From assembly GCA_048938385.1 (NCBI GenBank), contig JBHLMG010000001.1, forward strand, positions 64,001 to 128,000: 64,000 bases of DNA, given 5' to 3'. A program made the position numbers and the translations under genes. The notes under the pieces are model-generated. The model was not told where the DNA came from. It saw nothing but the letters and a program-made list of their open reading frames with translations, and searched no databases. Positions within the stretch are counted from its first letter, which is position 1, and each line of letters begins with the position of its first letter. Below, one piece after another: positions 49,172 through 58,443 of this stretch. This DNA is from Promethearchaeota archaeon. Lineage in GTDB: Archaea; Asgardarchaeota; Hermodarchaeia; Hermodarchaeales; Hermodarchaeaceae.

Positions 49172-51227
49172 ATCCCCTGCTCCGCTCATAATGGGGTTCG
49201 ATATTCTTCCTCAAAGTTCCCCATCTTCTCTGAGGTCACCGCTATACGCAATGGCATTGAAGAAAGGGGATGTAATACGAACTTGGGATGCGCTTCGCCG
49301 AAATGAACTAATTTCAATGATTCGTCGAGAGAAACCTGACATTGTTGCCACAGACAACATCCTCGAACTAGCACCCACGGAAAAAGGTGTAATTGATCTG
49401 TTATCGAAAATCCCTTCGAAGACTCGCATAGTGCAAATTACTGGATCTCCTCTTCATGGAATGACTCCGTTGACAAAACTGGCAAAAAAACACGGATTTC
49501 GCGTTCACAGTCACCCAACACCCGTTGAAACAGCTAGTCTTATCACGGAATTGACAGCACAAGGTATTGGTACAGAAATCTCTGTCTTAGCTCGGGAAAC
49601 GCGAATTACTATTTCCCGAGCGCGTAATATTGGTCCGGGCGGGTTTTCGCAGGCGCGATACCAAAGACGCATGCATGGGGCTATCCAACAGGTTGCCCGG
49701 AGAGTCTTGGAGAAACTGTCCAAGAAAGGAATGGATTATGACCAATTCGATACAAAAACTTCTCATGGCTTATCACGTTGTGTAATTCATGTTTACGACT
49801 CCTTAGAGAATGTATGTCAAATTATCCAATCAGAAGTGAATCGAATTGCGGGTGTATCCATTCAAATCAATCCGGTTAAACATCGGTCGATACTCTATCT
49901 TGTAAGAGGAGATAGGAAGGAACAACAGAGTCCACGAAGACTACTAGTCGTTGGAATTGATGCTGGAACAACTATCGGTATTGCCATCGCTGATATCAAT
50001 GGAAATCTCTTGGCGCTTCGAAGTGGACGAGGGTTATCACGAGGGGATGTAATTCGGTACCTTGTTGATTTTGGCCGACCAATCCTAATTGCTACAGATG
50101 TCGCGCCTGCACCTAATTTTGTGGAGAAATTAAGCGCTTCTCTTCAAACTCATCTCTTTTTCCCTGATCGACTAATATCGGTAGCAGAAAAACGAGAGTT
50201 GGCAAAAACCTTTGATCTTGAGTCTAAGCTTCGTCCAACCAATTCACATCAACGGGATGCCCTAGCCGCAATTTCAAAAGTATTTCAAATTCATGGCAAC
50301 AAGTTCAAACTGCTCAATAAACGCCTAAAAGAAAGTGAACATCACCATCTAGTTTCGAAGGTTGTTTCATTAATGCTGCAAGGGGTTTCACTTACTGATG
50401 CACTCAATCAGTCAATTTTACCATTAGACACTGAAACTCTCAAAACTGAGATAACAGATCAAAGTCAACGCATTCCAGCCACACCTTCTAAAGACGAGCT
50501 TCTTCATTTGATAAAACGCCTTGAACGGCAGGTTGAATCATTACAGCGCCAACTTCATTATGAAAGTAGCAAACATCGTCAAAGTCTTGAAACCTTAGTT
50601 CAATCCAAGAATGAGCTAGAACAAACTCAACGAAAACTTGAGCGGATTCAAGATAGAGAACAGCGTGAACAACGACTTGATGAACGAATAAGCAGAAAGG
50701 ATGCACAAATTCAAAGGCTGAAAGACCAAATCAAATTGCAAAGAAACGAATTAGAAAAAACCAAACGAACACTGACGAACCTTAAACTAATGCGCCGTCT
50801 GGAAATTCGGGGTGAAGTGCAACCTATTCTCGTGCTCCCACAGTTCTCGCAAGATGAAATACGACGGTTTGCTGAAAGATACCCCAAAAAGAAGGGGATG
50901 GTTATCTACATCTTGAATCCGAGCGGGGGCGGTAGTTCTACTGCGGAGCAACTAATTCAGCTGGGAGTTCAAGTGGTAATTACTCATGGAACAATGTCAC
51001 ATCTAGCCCTTGAACAGTTTCATTCTGTAAAAATTCCTGTGCTAAATGCTGAATCGTTGGAAATCACCAGTGTAGATGAATTTGCAGTAGTCGATGCTAA
51101 TCAACTAGGCAAAGAACTCGCAAAATGGGAGAAGAAGTATCTTACGACCGAACGAGAAGCTACAGCCGAAGCCCTAGAACGGATTATTCAAGAATATCGT
51201 CAAGAACGAAGAAATGGAACCTCTTAA
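49164..51227 (+). CDS. DUF460 family protein (RNase H-like domain plus coiled coil)
   Basis: ATDNILEL, GGFSQARY, GIDAGTT, ATDVAP, HQRDALAA, long coiled coil, EYRQER. Confidence 0.88.
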   Translation: MTKSPAPLIMGFDILPQSSPSSLRSPLYAMALKKGDVIRTWDALRRNELISMIRREKPDIVATDNILELAPTEKGVIDLLSKIPSKTRIVQITGSPLHGMTPLTKLAKKHGFRVHSHPTPVETASLITELTAQGIGTEISVLARETRITISRARNIGPGGFSQARYQRRMHGAIQQVARRVLEKLSKKGMDYDQFDTKTSHGLSRCVIHVYDSLENVCQIIQSEVNRIAGVSIQINPVKHRSILYLVRGDRKEQQSPRRLLVVGIDAGTTIGIAIADINGNLLALRSGRGLSRGDVIRYLVDFGRPILIATDVAPAPNFVEKLSASLQTHLFFPDRLISVAEKRELAKTFDLESKLRPTNSHQRDALAAISKVFQIHGNKFKLLNKRLKESEHHHLVSKVVSLMLQGVSLTDALNQSILPLDTETLKTEITDQSQRIPATPSKDELLHLIKRLERQVESLQRQLHYESSKHRQSLETLVQSKNELEQTQRKLERIQDREQREQRLDERISRKDAQIQRLKDQIKLQRNELEKTKRTLTNLKLMRRLEIRGEVQPILVLPQFSQDEIRRFAERYPKKKGMVIYILNPSGGGSSTAEQLIQLGVQVVITHGTMSHLALEQFHSVKIPVLNAESLEITSVDEFAVVDANQLGKELAKWEKKYLTTEREATAEALERIIQEYRQERRNGTS

Positions 51228-51282
51228 TTATAATAAGCATGCCCTTAAAGCGAAAACGGTGGTTAGAGTGTTGGGGGGGGGG

Positions 51283-51534
51283 CTATCCCTTATTTTCCCA
51301 AATAATCTGGGTGAGGTCTGGTTTGATGTACAAAATATTGTTACCACGAATAAGGACTTCACCAAATTTTGCTGTGGGGGTTCCATTCCTTAGCTCTTCA
51401 GCGCCTTCCAGCACGAGGTTCATATACACATCAATTTCTTTAAGACGGCCTTGATATTCCGTTCCATCTTTGAGTTTGATTAGTACTAGGTTGCTAGTGG
51501 CTTTCTGCAGGATTTTAATGGGCTGGTTTTCCAC
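51283..51534 (-). CDS. Sm-like archaeal protein (SmAP/LSm)
   Basis: Sm1 KLKDG.EYQGRL...DVYMNLVL; Sm2 IRGNNI. Confidence 0.93.
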   Translation of the reverse strand: MENQPIKILQKATSNLVLIKLKDGTEYQGRLKEIDVYMNLVLEGAEELRNGTPTAKFGEVLIRGNNILYIKPDLTQIIWENKG

Positions 51535-51591
51535 GGTGTTCGACTCCCAGAGTAACCCTGCTAACCGTAAGCTTATCTTTAAAATTAACGG

Positions 51592-52158
51592 TTAAAGGGA
51601 ATGTGTGATAGAACTGTTCTTTTTCTGAATAACTCTAAGGATTAGTCCCACATCTTCATTTGAAAGCGATTCCAGCTCTGCAAGATTAATGACTGATGAA
51701 TTGAACCTCGTTTTAAGATCGCGGAGTGAAAGAACTTTTGCTAAAGCTGTTACTGCTACTAATCCGTTGATCTGCGTAATTCTAAGTAGTTCGTTAATTC
51801 CCGCATCGATATTTGCAAGGTTCTGCAATACCGTTATACTGACAGCAATTGGAAACGCACTGGTTCGGAGAGGTAGGGTTTCAGCTGAACCACAAACTAG
51901 GTGAATCGGTTCTTGGCGATTACTCGGATTTTGGGCTTGTGCCTGCGCAATTCGAAGCATTTCAATTGCTCCATCAATACCAATCACAGGAGCAAAATCA
52001 ATGAGGATTGGCAAACCAATCCCAGTACCAATTCCTACATCCACAACTGGGCCTGCTTGAAGATAATTAGCGATTGCTCGGTATTTTATTTGTTGAATCT
52101 GTTGGTATCTCCGATGGTATGCTGCTGCTGACTCGTCATACAAACGAACCTTTCGCAC
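51592..52158 (-). CDS. class I SAM-dependent methyltransferase
   Basis: VVDVGIGTG motif I, IGID, AETLPLR, SITVLQN. Confidence 0.85.
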   Translation of the reverse strand: MRKVRLYDESAAAYHRRYQQIQQIKYRAIANYLQAGPVVDVGIGTGIGLPILIDFAPVIGIDGAIEMLRIAQAQAQNPSNRQEPIHLVCGSAETLPLRTSAFPIAVSITVLQNLANIDAGINELLRITQINGLVAVTALAKVLSLRDLKTRFNSSVINLAELESLSNEDVGLILRVIQKKNSSITHSL

Positions 52159-52194
52159 AAAAAATCTTCAACTGGTCAAGACTTAATTAGGCTT

Positions 52195-53037
52195 ATGGAA
52201 GGAACTCAGAGGGAAGAAACATTGCCTGACTACGAGCTTATTACAAACGAAAAAACTTGGATTCTCCAATCACCAACCCTCAACCAAGCACATACTTTAA
52301 TTACGGCTGCTCTCGCTCAAAAACGTCTAATTCAAATCATAGGGCAGTGCCATGTTGAGTATAAAGGGCGAGCGCGGTCTATCCTGACAAAAGGCGAACG
52401 CCTTGTTATTATTAAACGGGATGGAGCTATTCTGGTTCACCAAGAAAGTGGTGTTGAACCAGTCAACTGGCAACCACCTGGGGCTACAATAAAACTTACC
52501 CACAAAGCTAATCTTCTTCTCTTACAAGCTACTCGCTCGAAACCTAGAGAAAAAGTACATGTCGAATTCTCTTCTCTAGCGATGGTTTCTGCGAGCCTCA
52601 TTGACGACGCCGGTGAGTTCAGTATGTACCTAACTGAAGAAGAAATGCAGCGAATCCTGAGTGCTCACCCTGAACTTATCGAGCCTGGTCTGCGTACAAT
52701 TCGCCGAGAACGCCCTGTCACTCCTGGGTTCATCGATATCTTAGCACATGATGCAAACGGGCAGCTAGTCGTGATCGAACTAAAACGGCGCCGAGCGAAT
52801 AGTGAAGCAGTGTTACAGCTCCATAACTACCTTAAAAGCTTCCAAACAGGAAGTGCTACTCAAATTCGTGGCATTCTCGTCGCTCCCAGTTTAGCTAAAG
52901 GAACTCAGGCACTTCTCGAACAGCTTGGTCTCGAGTTTCGTAAGATCGAGCCACAGCAATGTGCTCAGTACTTACGGGAGTCTAAATCACAGAAACTTAC
53001 TGATTTTGTCAAAGACTCGTTAAAGAACCCAACCTAA
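52195..53037 (+). CDS. nucS: mismatch-specific endonuclease NucS/EndoMS
   Basis: YKGRA, IKRDGA.LVH, PVNWQPP, IDIL, IELKR, QL..Y, RGILVAP. Confidence 0.93.
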   Translation: MEGTQREETLPDYELITNEKTWILQSPTLNQAHTLITAALAQKRLIQIIGQCHVEYKGRARSILTKGERLVIIKRDGAILVHQESGVEPVNWQPPGATIKLTHKANLLLLQATRSKPREKVHVEFSSLAMVSASLIDDAGEFSMYLTEEEMQRILSAHPELIEPGLRTIRRERPVTPGFIDILAHDANGQLVVIELKRRRANSEAVLQLHNYLKSFQTGSATQIRGILVAPSLAKGTQALLEQLGLEFRKIEPQQCAQYLRESKSQKLTDFVKDSLKNPT

Positions 53038-53549
53038 CTGATACAGGTCCATGCAATTTGTCGGAAGCCGTCAGTGACGCCTTGGCCTTCCTTTGCGCTA
53101 GTCTCAAAGTATCCCCATCCCACTTGTTGTGCATAAGCCATCCCCTCTTCTGTTGATACCTGTCGTTGGTCAACCAAGTCTACTTTGTTAGCGATTAGAA
53201 CAGATGGAACTGCTCCTGTTACACCTGAAACCTCGCTATACCACCCAGGAATATTATCAAAAGTTTGTCTGCGTGTCACATCAAACACCAAGATCACACC
53301 CGCAGCCCCTCGATAAAATACAGGGCGCACAGAGCTAAAGTGGGGTTGGCCCGCTAAGTCCCATAATTGCAATCGTACTAGCGTGTCTCCAAAATTCAGC
53401 TCTTTAACAGCAAAACTGGTGCCGACCGTCATGATATAAGACTCACGAAAATGCCCTTCTGTATAGCGAATGATAAGACTTGTTTTTCCAACGGCCCCGT
53501 CACCGACGACGCAAACTTTTAGGACATATTGGCGTTGATGTGTACTCAT
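53034..53549 (-). CDS. Rab-like small GTPase (Ras superfamily)
   Basis: GDGAVGKT, YxxTVG, WDLAGQ, FYRGA, VFDVT, NKVD, ETSAK. Confidence 0.92.
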   Translation of the reverse strand: MSTHQRQYVLKVCVVGDGAVGKTSLIIRYTEGHFRESYIMTVGTSFAVKELNFGDTLVRLQLWDLAGQPHFSSVRPVFYRGAAGVILVFDVTRRQTFDNIPGWYSEVSGVTGAVPSVLIANKVDLVDQRQVSTEEGMAYAQQVGWGYFETSAKEGQGVTDGFRQIAWTCIS

Positions 53550-53717
53550 GAAGCCTTGCTCCTTGTGAGGGCTCGGTTTGTCTGACTTACGCCTGTGTGC
53601 ATATATTGGTTTCGTTCCTCAGGAAGTTTTCTGCTTGGTTCATTAATTTCGCCCAATGATTTTTATGGAGCTGAAGGTTGTAAGGTGCAAGCTAATTCAC
53701 TCGGAGTGCTAACAGAA

Positions 53718-56690
53718 ATGCCAGTTTCCGAAATTCCCAAACAATTCGATTTACCCTCCTTAGAAGAGGATGTACTTCAGTTTTGGCAAGAAAACCAGGT
53801 ATATGAGAAGATCACCGAACAACTCCTTGATCGTCCAATCTTCCAATTCCTTGACGGCCCTCCTTACACCACAGGTTCCATTCATCTCGGAACCGCTTGG
53901 AACAAAATTATGAAAGACTTGGTTTTACGGTTTCACCGGATGCAGGGCTTCCGTGTAATAGATACTCCGGGTTTTGATATGCACGGGTTACCAATTGAAG
54001 TCCATGTAGAAAAAGCTCTGAAAGTTAAATCGAAGCTAGACATTGAAAACAACATTGGCGTAGACAAGTTTATTGAACGATGTCAGGATTTTGCCCTCTT
54101 AAATTTGAATGAGATGACGCAGCAATTCAAACGCTTAGGCGTTTGGATGGACTGGGACCGACCGTATCGGACAATTGACAACCCCTACATTGAGGGCACT
54201 TGGTATTTGATGAAAAGGGCTTCGGAGAAGGGCTTTCTATACCGTGGGCTCCGATCTATAGACTGTTGCATACGATGTGAGACCGCCCTCGCCAAACGCG
54301 AGCATGAATACAAGACAATTGAAGATTATTCGATTTGGGTTAAGTTTCCTGTTTCAGGAAAACCCAACGAGTTTATTGTGATTTGGACTACAACTCCTTG
54401 GACACTACCCGCAAATATGGCTGTAATGGTCAACCCCGAATTCGAATACATCCGAGTAAAGGTTGACGATGAAATATGGATACTAGCGAAGGGGCTAGCT
54501 AACATCATATTACAGGGTCTGTTAAACAAACAATACGAGGTTATAGAGGAGGTCAAGGGAAAGGCGCTTTTAGGGCTTCGTTACGAACATCCCCTGTTAA
54601 AGGAGGTTCCCAAACAAGCAGACTTCCATAACACCTCAAAGAAAGTACATTCCATTGTATTAAGTGAAGAATATGTGACGCTTGAACAAGGGACTGGACT
54701 CGTCCATATGGCTCCTGGACATGGTCCCGAAGACTTCGAGGTGGGCCAGCGTGAAGAAATACCTATCTTCTGCCCTGTGACATTCTCAGGGACTTTCACC
54801 GAAGCGGGTGGAAAATACTCAGGAATGAAAGTTCAAGATGCTAGCGAAGTTATTCTGACCGACCTACGCAAAAAGAACCTCTTAGTTCATCAGGATACGA
54901 TTGAGCATGAATACGCGCACTGTTGGCGTTGCGGCTCACCCTTAGTATACCTTGCTACTGATCAGTGGTTTCTTCGTGTAAGTGATTTACGAGAAGAAAT
55001 CATAAAAAAGAACGAAGGGATTTACTGGGTTCCAGATTGGGCTGGTCACACTTGGTTTCGTAACTGGGTTCAGAATCTTCGAGATTGGTGCATTTCAAGA
55101 CAACGGTATTGGGGGGCTCCTCTCCCAATCTGGATTTGCGATAAGTGTGAGCAAATTGAGGTCGTTGGTAGCGTAGCTGAGTTAAAAGAGAAAGGAGAAA
55201 AAGTCCCTGAGAACCTCCATCGACCTTGGATTGACAATATCATGTGGCCTTGCTCAAAATGTGAGGGCACAATGAAGCGAGTGAATGATGTCTTAGATGT
55301 GTGGTTAGATAGTGGTGTTGCACCCTGGGCAACTCGTTGGGCCACCTATGGCACGACGGACTTTGACAATTGGGTAACGGCTGACTTTGTAATTGAAGGG
55401 AAAGATCAGATCAGTAACTGGTTTAACACTCTCTTTAACTCGACAATGCTTGTTGATAATAGAGAACCATACAAGCGAGTCTACATGCATGGATTTACAG
55501 CCGATGAATTCGGTCGACCTATGTCAAAATCAAAAGGAATTGGCGTCATGCCCGAAGAGGTGGTGGCGAAATTTGGTGCTGAGACGCTACGAATGTACTG
55601 CATTAAAAGCACTGGACCGGGTGAAGACATGACTTTTCTCTGGAAAGATGTAGAAGATACTCGTCGATCTCTCTCCATTCTTTGGAATGTTTATGTCTTT
55701 GCTACGACATTCATGAAAGCCGCAGGTTTCGTTCCTAAAATTCAAACAATTTCAACCAAGGCGTTGCAGAACGAAGACCGTTGGATTCTTTCGCGATTGC
55801 ACCAAATGCTTCAAGAAGTTACCAATCGCTTTGAGAAATACGAACTGCCCTTTGTTCCACGCCTAATGGACGATTTTGTTGTCCGCGACCTTAGTAGGTG
55901 GTATATTAAACTTATCCGATCACGAACATGGGTTAGCTCTACCGACGATACAAAAACACAAGCCTTTAACACCCTCTATTATGTGTTGAGAAGCCTTCTT
56001 GCGATACTTGCTCCAGTTCTTCCCTTCCAAACAGAAAGAATGTACCAAGCTCTCGTTCGCTCCGTTGAACCTGATGCCCCTCTGAGTGTTCACATGCTTC
56101 CTTGGCCGAAGGTCGATACAACGCTAATAGATGTCCAATTAAACCAGGAAATGGATTGGGTTTCAGAAATCGTAGATGCTGTACAATTCATCCGACAAGA
56201 AGAGGGATTGAAACTTCGTTGGCCGTGTAGCCGTCTTGTGATAGTTCCCTCGAAGAAAGAATTCTCCTTGGAGAATTTCAGCGAAGTGGTTGCTAGTCAA
56301 ACTAATGTGAAGCTGGTTGAAATTAAAAATAGAGTGAAAGGTGACAATCTAAAAGAAAAGGAACTTTCCTTTGCTACGGTATACCTTGATGTTTCTGAAA
56401 CAACTGAACTTCGCGCAGAGCGCTTATCTCGTGACCTTATTCGTAGAATTCAAGCAACTCGTAAGAAAGAAGGTTTACATGTTACTCAGCGAATAACGCT
56501 CTATATAGCGGCGCGCCCTCAAAAACTACGAGAAGCCATAGAAGAAACAAGGGCGGCTATAGCATCAAAGGTTGGTGCAACAAAATTAGAAGTGAGCGAT
56601 AAATTACCTCTCCTAGACGGACTCGCTAAGGGTAAGCTTGATTTTGACAACGAGAACATTGAATTCGGTATTTTGCGCAATTCCAAGTAG
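53718..56690 (+). CDS. ileS: isoleucine--tRNA ligase, archaeal/eukaryotic type (start likely ATG 53718)
   Basis: DGPPYTTGSIHLG, DMHGLPIE, WTTTPWTLP, GTGLVH, DWCISRQRYWG, PMSKS; SD GGAGTG before 53718. Confidence 0.96.
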   Translation: MPVSEIPKQFDLPSLEEDVLQFWQENQVYEKITEQLLDRPIFQFLDGPPYTTGSIHLGTAWNKIMKDLVLRFHRMQGFRVIDTPGFDMHGLPIEVHVEKALKVKSKLDIENNIGVDKFIERCQDFALLNLNEMTQQFKRLGVWMDWDRPYRTIDNPYIEGTWYLMKRASEKGFLYRGLRSIDCCIRCETALAKREHEYKTIEDYSIWVKFPVSGKPNEFIVIWTTTPWTLPANMAVMVNPEFEYIRVKVDDEIWILAKGLANIILQGLLNKQYEVIEEVKGKALLGLRYEHPLLKEVPKQADFHNTSKKVHSIVLSEEYVTLEQGTGLVHMAPGHGPEDFEVGQREEIPIFCPVTFSGTFTEAGGKYSGMKVQDASEVILTDLRKKNLLVHQDTIEHEYAHCWRCGSPLVYLATDQWFLRVSDLREEIIKKNEGIYWVPDWAGHTWFRNWVQNLRDWCISRQRYWGAPLPIWICDKCEQIEVVGSVAELKEKGEKVPENLHRPWIDNIMWPCSKCEGTMKRVNDVLDVWLDSGVAPWATRWATYGTTDFDNWVTADFVIEGKDQISNWFNTLFNSTMLVDNREPYKRVYMHGFTADEFGRPMSKSKGIGVMPEEVVAKFGAETLRMYCIKSTGPGEDMTFLWKDVEDTRRSLSILWNVYVFATTFMKAAGFVPKIQTISTKALQNEDRWILSRLHQMLQEVTNRFEKYELPFVPRLMDDFVVRDLSRWYIKLIRSRTWVSSTDDTKTQAFNTLYYVLRSLLAILAPVLPFQTERMYQALVRSVEPDAPLSVHMLPWPKVDTTLIDVQLNQEMDWVSEIVDAVQFIRQEEGLKLRWPCSRLVIVPSKKEFSLENFSEVVASQTNVKLVEIKNRVKGDNLKEKELSFATVYLDVSETTELRAERLSRDLIRRIQATRKKEGLHVTQRITLYIAARPQKLREAIEETRAAIASKVGATKLEVSDKLPLLDGLAKGKLDFDNENIEFGILRNSK

Positions 56691-56700
56691 TTCTCCCAAC

Positions 56701-56710
56701 ACATTTAAAC
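56701..56710 (+). promoter_or_regulatory. putative TATA box of tRNA-Ile
   Basis: TTTAAA at 56704-56709, 30 nt upstream of the tRNA 5' end. Confidence 0.5.
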
Positions 56711-56738
56711 CCAAATGAAACACGACCCTGTAATTAAT

Positions 56739-56884
56739 GGGCACGTGGCTTAGCCTGATGGAGCGCCGAACTACTACGCATACTGCGTGGTGTGTGTATG
56801 CCTTATATGGTGTCGCTCCGAACATTCAAATGCGAAACCTAGGTAAGCCGGAGGTCGCGGGTTTGAATCCCGCCGTGCCCACCA
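56739..56884 (+). tRNA. tRNA-Ile(UAU) with two introns (56769-56799 at 29/30; 56808-56845 at 37/38); CCA encoded
   Basis: Spliced: GGGCACG-TG-GCTT-AGCCTGATG-GAGC-G-CCGGC-CT-TAT-AA-GCCGG-AGGTC-GCGGG-TTTGAAT-CCCGC-CGTGCCC-ACCA; both introns have BHB-type motifs (helices GCGC/GTGT and CTTA/TAGG) with paired intron stems. Confidence 0.88.
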
Positions 56885-56892
56885 TCTTGCTT

Positions 56893-58434
56893 TTAAGCGG
56901 CTCTGCGTTTTCCTTCGAAATCCTTAGCCATGGTTTCAAAGTCTGTACCGAAAGCCGTTTCTTTAGTAAGACGCTTTCTCACCTTGAGAAAAACGGGAAA
57001 ACGTGTGGCTTGACCAACAACAAGCGCCTCTCCAACACTAAGGCTTGAAATAGAAGTTAAGGTGGCTTTGGTGATTTTTTCAGATGTAGCGCGAATATGG
57101 TCTAGATCGTAAGGATTGGTAATTCGGAGAAACACATTGGTCCCACATTGCGATAACACCGTTGTTGAGAGACGAACCGGTCGTTGCGAAATTACGCACA
57201 GAGATAAATTGTACTTTCGACCTTCGCGCGCAACCGTTTCAAGAATACCTTTCGAAAATGCCAAGGCACGACGGGCTTCAGGGCAGAATTGATGGCTCTC
57301 CTCGAGAAAGACAATTGTTGGTGGGATAACTGAATCACGTCGAAGGTCGAATAATCGGCGAAGTACGGCATCGACGATGATCTGTTTTTTCTGCAGATTT
57401 ACAGTGTCACTCATGTCGAGAATCACGGCATGACCAGGTTTCATCATCTTTTCCCAAATGGGTGTGGGGGTCTTACCGAAAAGCCGAAGGTTCTGAAGAT
57501 TGTCCAACCATCCTAAAAGGGCTTCTCGCGTTCGGGTGTTGATTGACGGGTCTTTTTCCAGTGCAGTGATGAGGTCACTAATATCATAAGGTTGCCCTTT
57601 GCGTGCACTTCGCATGGTATGGATTATTCGTGTGAGTTCACGAACCTGGATTGTCCCCATTTCGGGAGAGTAGGTGGCAAACGCTTTGGCGCTCATTTGA
57701 GGGGTAGCTATTTCGATAAGGGGACTCTTGATCATCGAGATTTGGTTCTCGAAGTTGCTTCCATGCTCCTCTATGGGTTCAGCTAGACTAGTGTACTCCC
57801 CGTGTACATCAATTACCAGAATGGCTGGTCGACCTTGGCTAGGTTTTCTCGAAAGTAATTCTTCGAGCATCACTGTCGCAGTGTAGCTTTTACCTGCCCC
57901 GCTCATTGCGAGTAAAGCAACATGCTTTTGAAACATTTTTGTTAAATCAAAGGTTGCAGGGATTCCGTGAAACATGAGTTGACCGAGAAGAACCCCGCCA
58001 GGCGTGAATCCAAGAAACTTCGACAAAATTTTAGGATCCGGTGTAGCTACAATGGCCCCGGGTGAGGGGGGAAATGTTACTCGTTGAACTTCTCCCTTGT
58101 TGTATATGCCAAGCGGCTTAGCCTCAGCAACCACATACTCCCACCGATCAATCGGAAAAATCGCTCCAAAAGCCTTGCCAGAACGAGTGAACTCGTGGAC
58201 CGCATCGATTTGAGCGAAGTAGCGATTGGTTTTGTAAACCTGCTCAATGTGGGCAATGACTAATCCTTCTTCGGTTTCCGTCGAGACATATTGTCCAACA
58301 TGAACTGGAATTCCATCCCTAATTGTTGGGTCATCCTGTTTTCCAATGACAAATACAACATTCTCCGTAGAAGGACCATTTTCTGTACAGACAACAGTTC
58401 CAAGGGGATTGGGATTCATTGTCAAGTTCAACAC
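56893..58434 (-). CDS. herA: HerA bipolar DNA helicase/translocase
   Basis: HAS barrel, HVALLAMSGAGKS, DVHGEY, EESH, AREGRKY, SQRP. Confidence 0.9.
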   Translation of the reverse strand: MLNLTMNPNPLGTVVCTENGPSTENVVFVIGKQDDPTIRDGIPVHVGQYVSTETEEGLVIAHIEQVYKTNRYFAQIDAVHEFTRSGKAFGAIFPIDRWEYVVAEAKPLGIYNKGEVQRVTFPPSPGAIVATPDPKILSKFLGFTPGGVLLGQLMFHGIPATFDLTKMFQKHVALLAMSGAGKSYTATVMLEELLSRKPSQGRPAILVIDVHGEYTSLAEPIEEHGSNFENQISMIKSPLIEIATPQMSAKAFATYSPEMGTIQVRELTRIIHTMRSARKGQPYDISDLITALEKDPSINTRTREALLGWLDNLQNLRLFGKTPTPIWEKMMKPGHAVILDMSDTVNLQKKQIIVDAVLRRLFDLRRDSVIPPTIVFLEESHQFCPEARRALAFSKGILETVAREGRKYNLSLCVISQRPVRLSTTVLSQCGTNVFLRITNPYDLDHIRATSEKITKATLTSISSLSVGEALVVGQATRFPVFLKVRKRLTKETAFGTDFETMAKDFEGKRRAA

Positions 58435-58443
58435 ATTAACTAA

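Noticed and set aside
51273-51282. G10 homopolymer as a phase-variation tract
   Set aside because: It is intergenic between convergent stop codons, so no frame or promoter effect is evident
53034-53050. C-terminal Cys of the Rab-like GTPase as a prenylation signal
   Set aside because: The protein ends C-I-S (not CaaX, CC or CxC) and the Cys is at the end of the last helix with no flexible tail
56739-56884. Reading this tRNA as a pseudogene, or as Met/Ile2 using the CAT at 56779-56781
   Set aside because: All stems pair, the 19/56 changes are compensatory and CCA is intact; the CAT lies within the first intron hairpin and gives no valid anticodon arm
56737-57048. 103-aa plus-strand ORF and 70-aa minus-strand ORF (56613-56825) from the ORF track
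   Set aside because: They overlap the tRNA-Ile gene and herA/ileS; the sequence is explained by the tRNA structure
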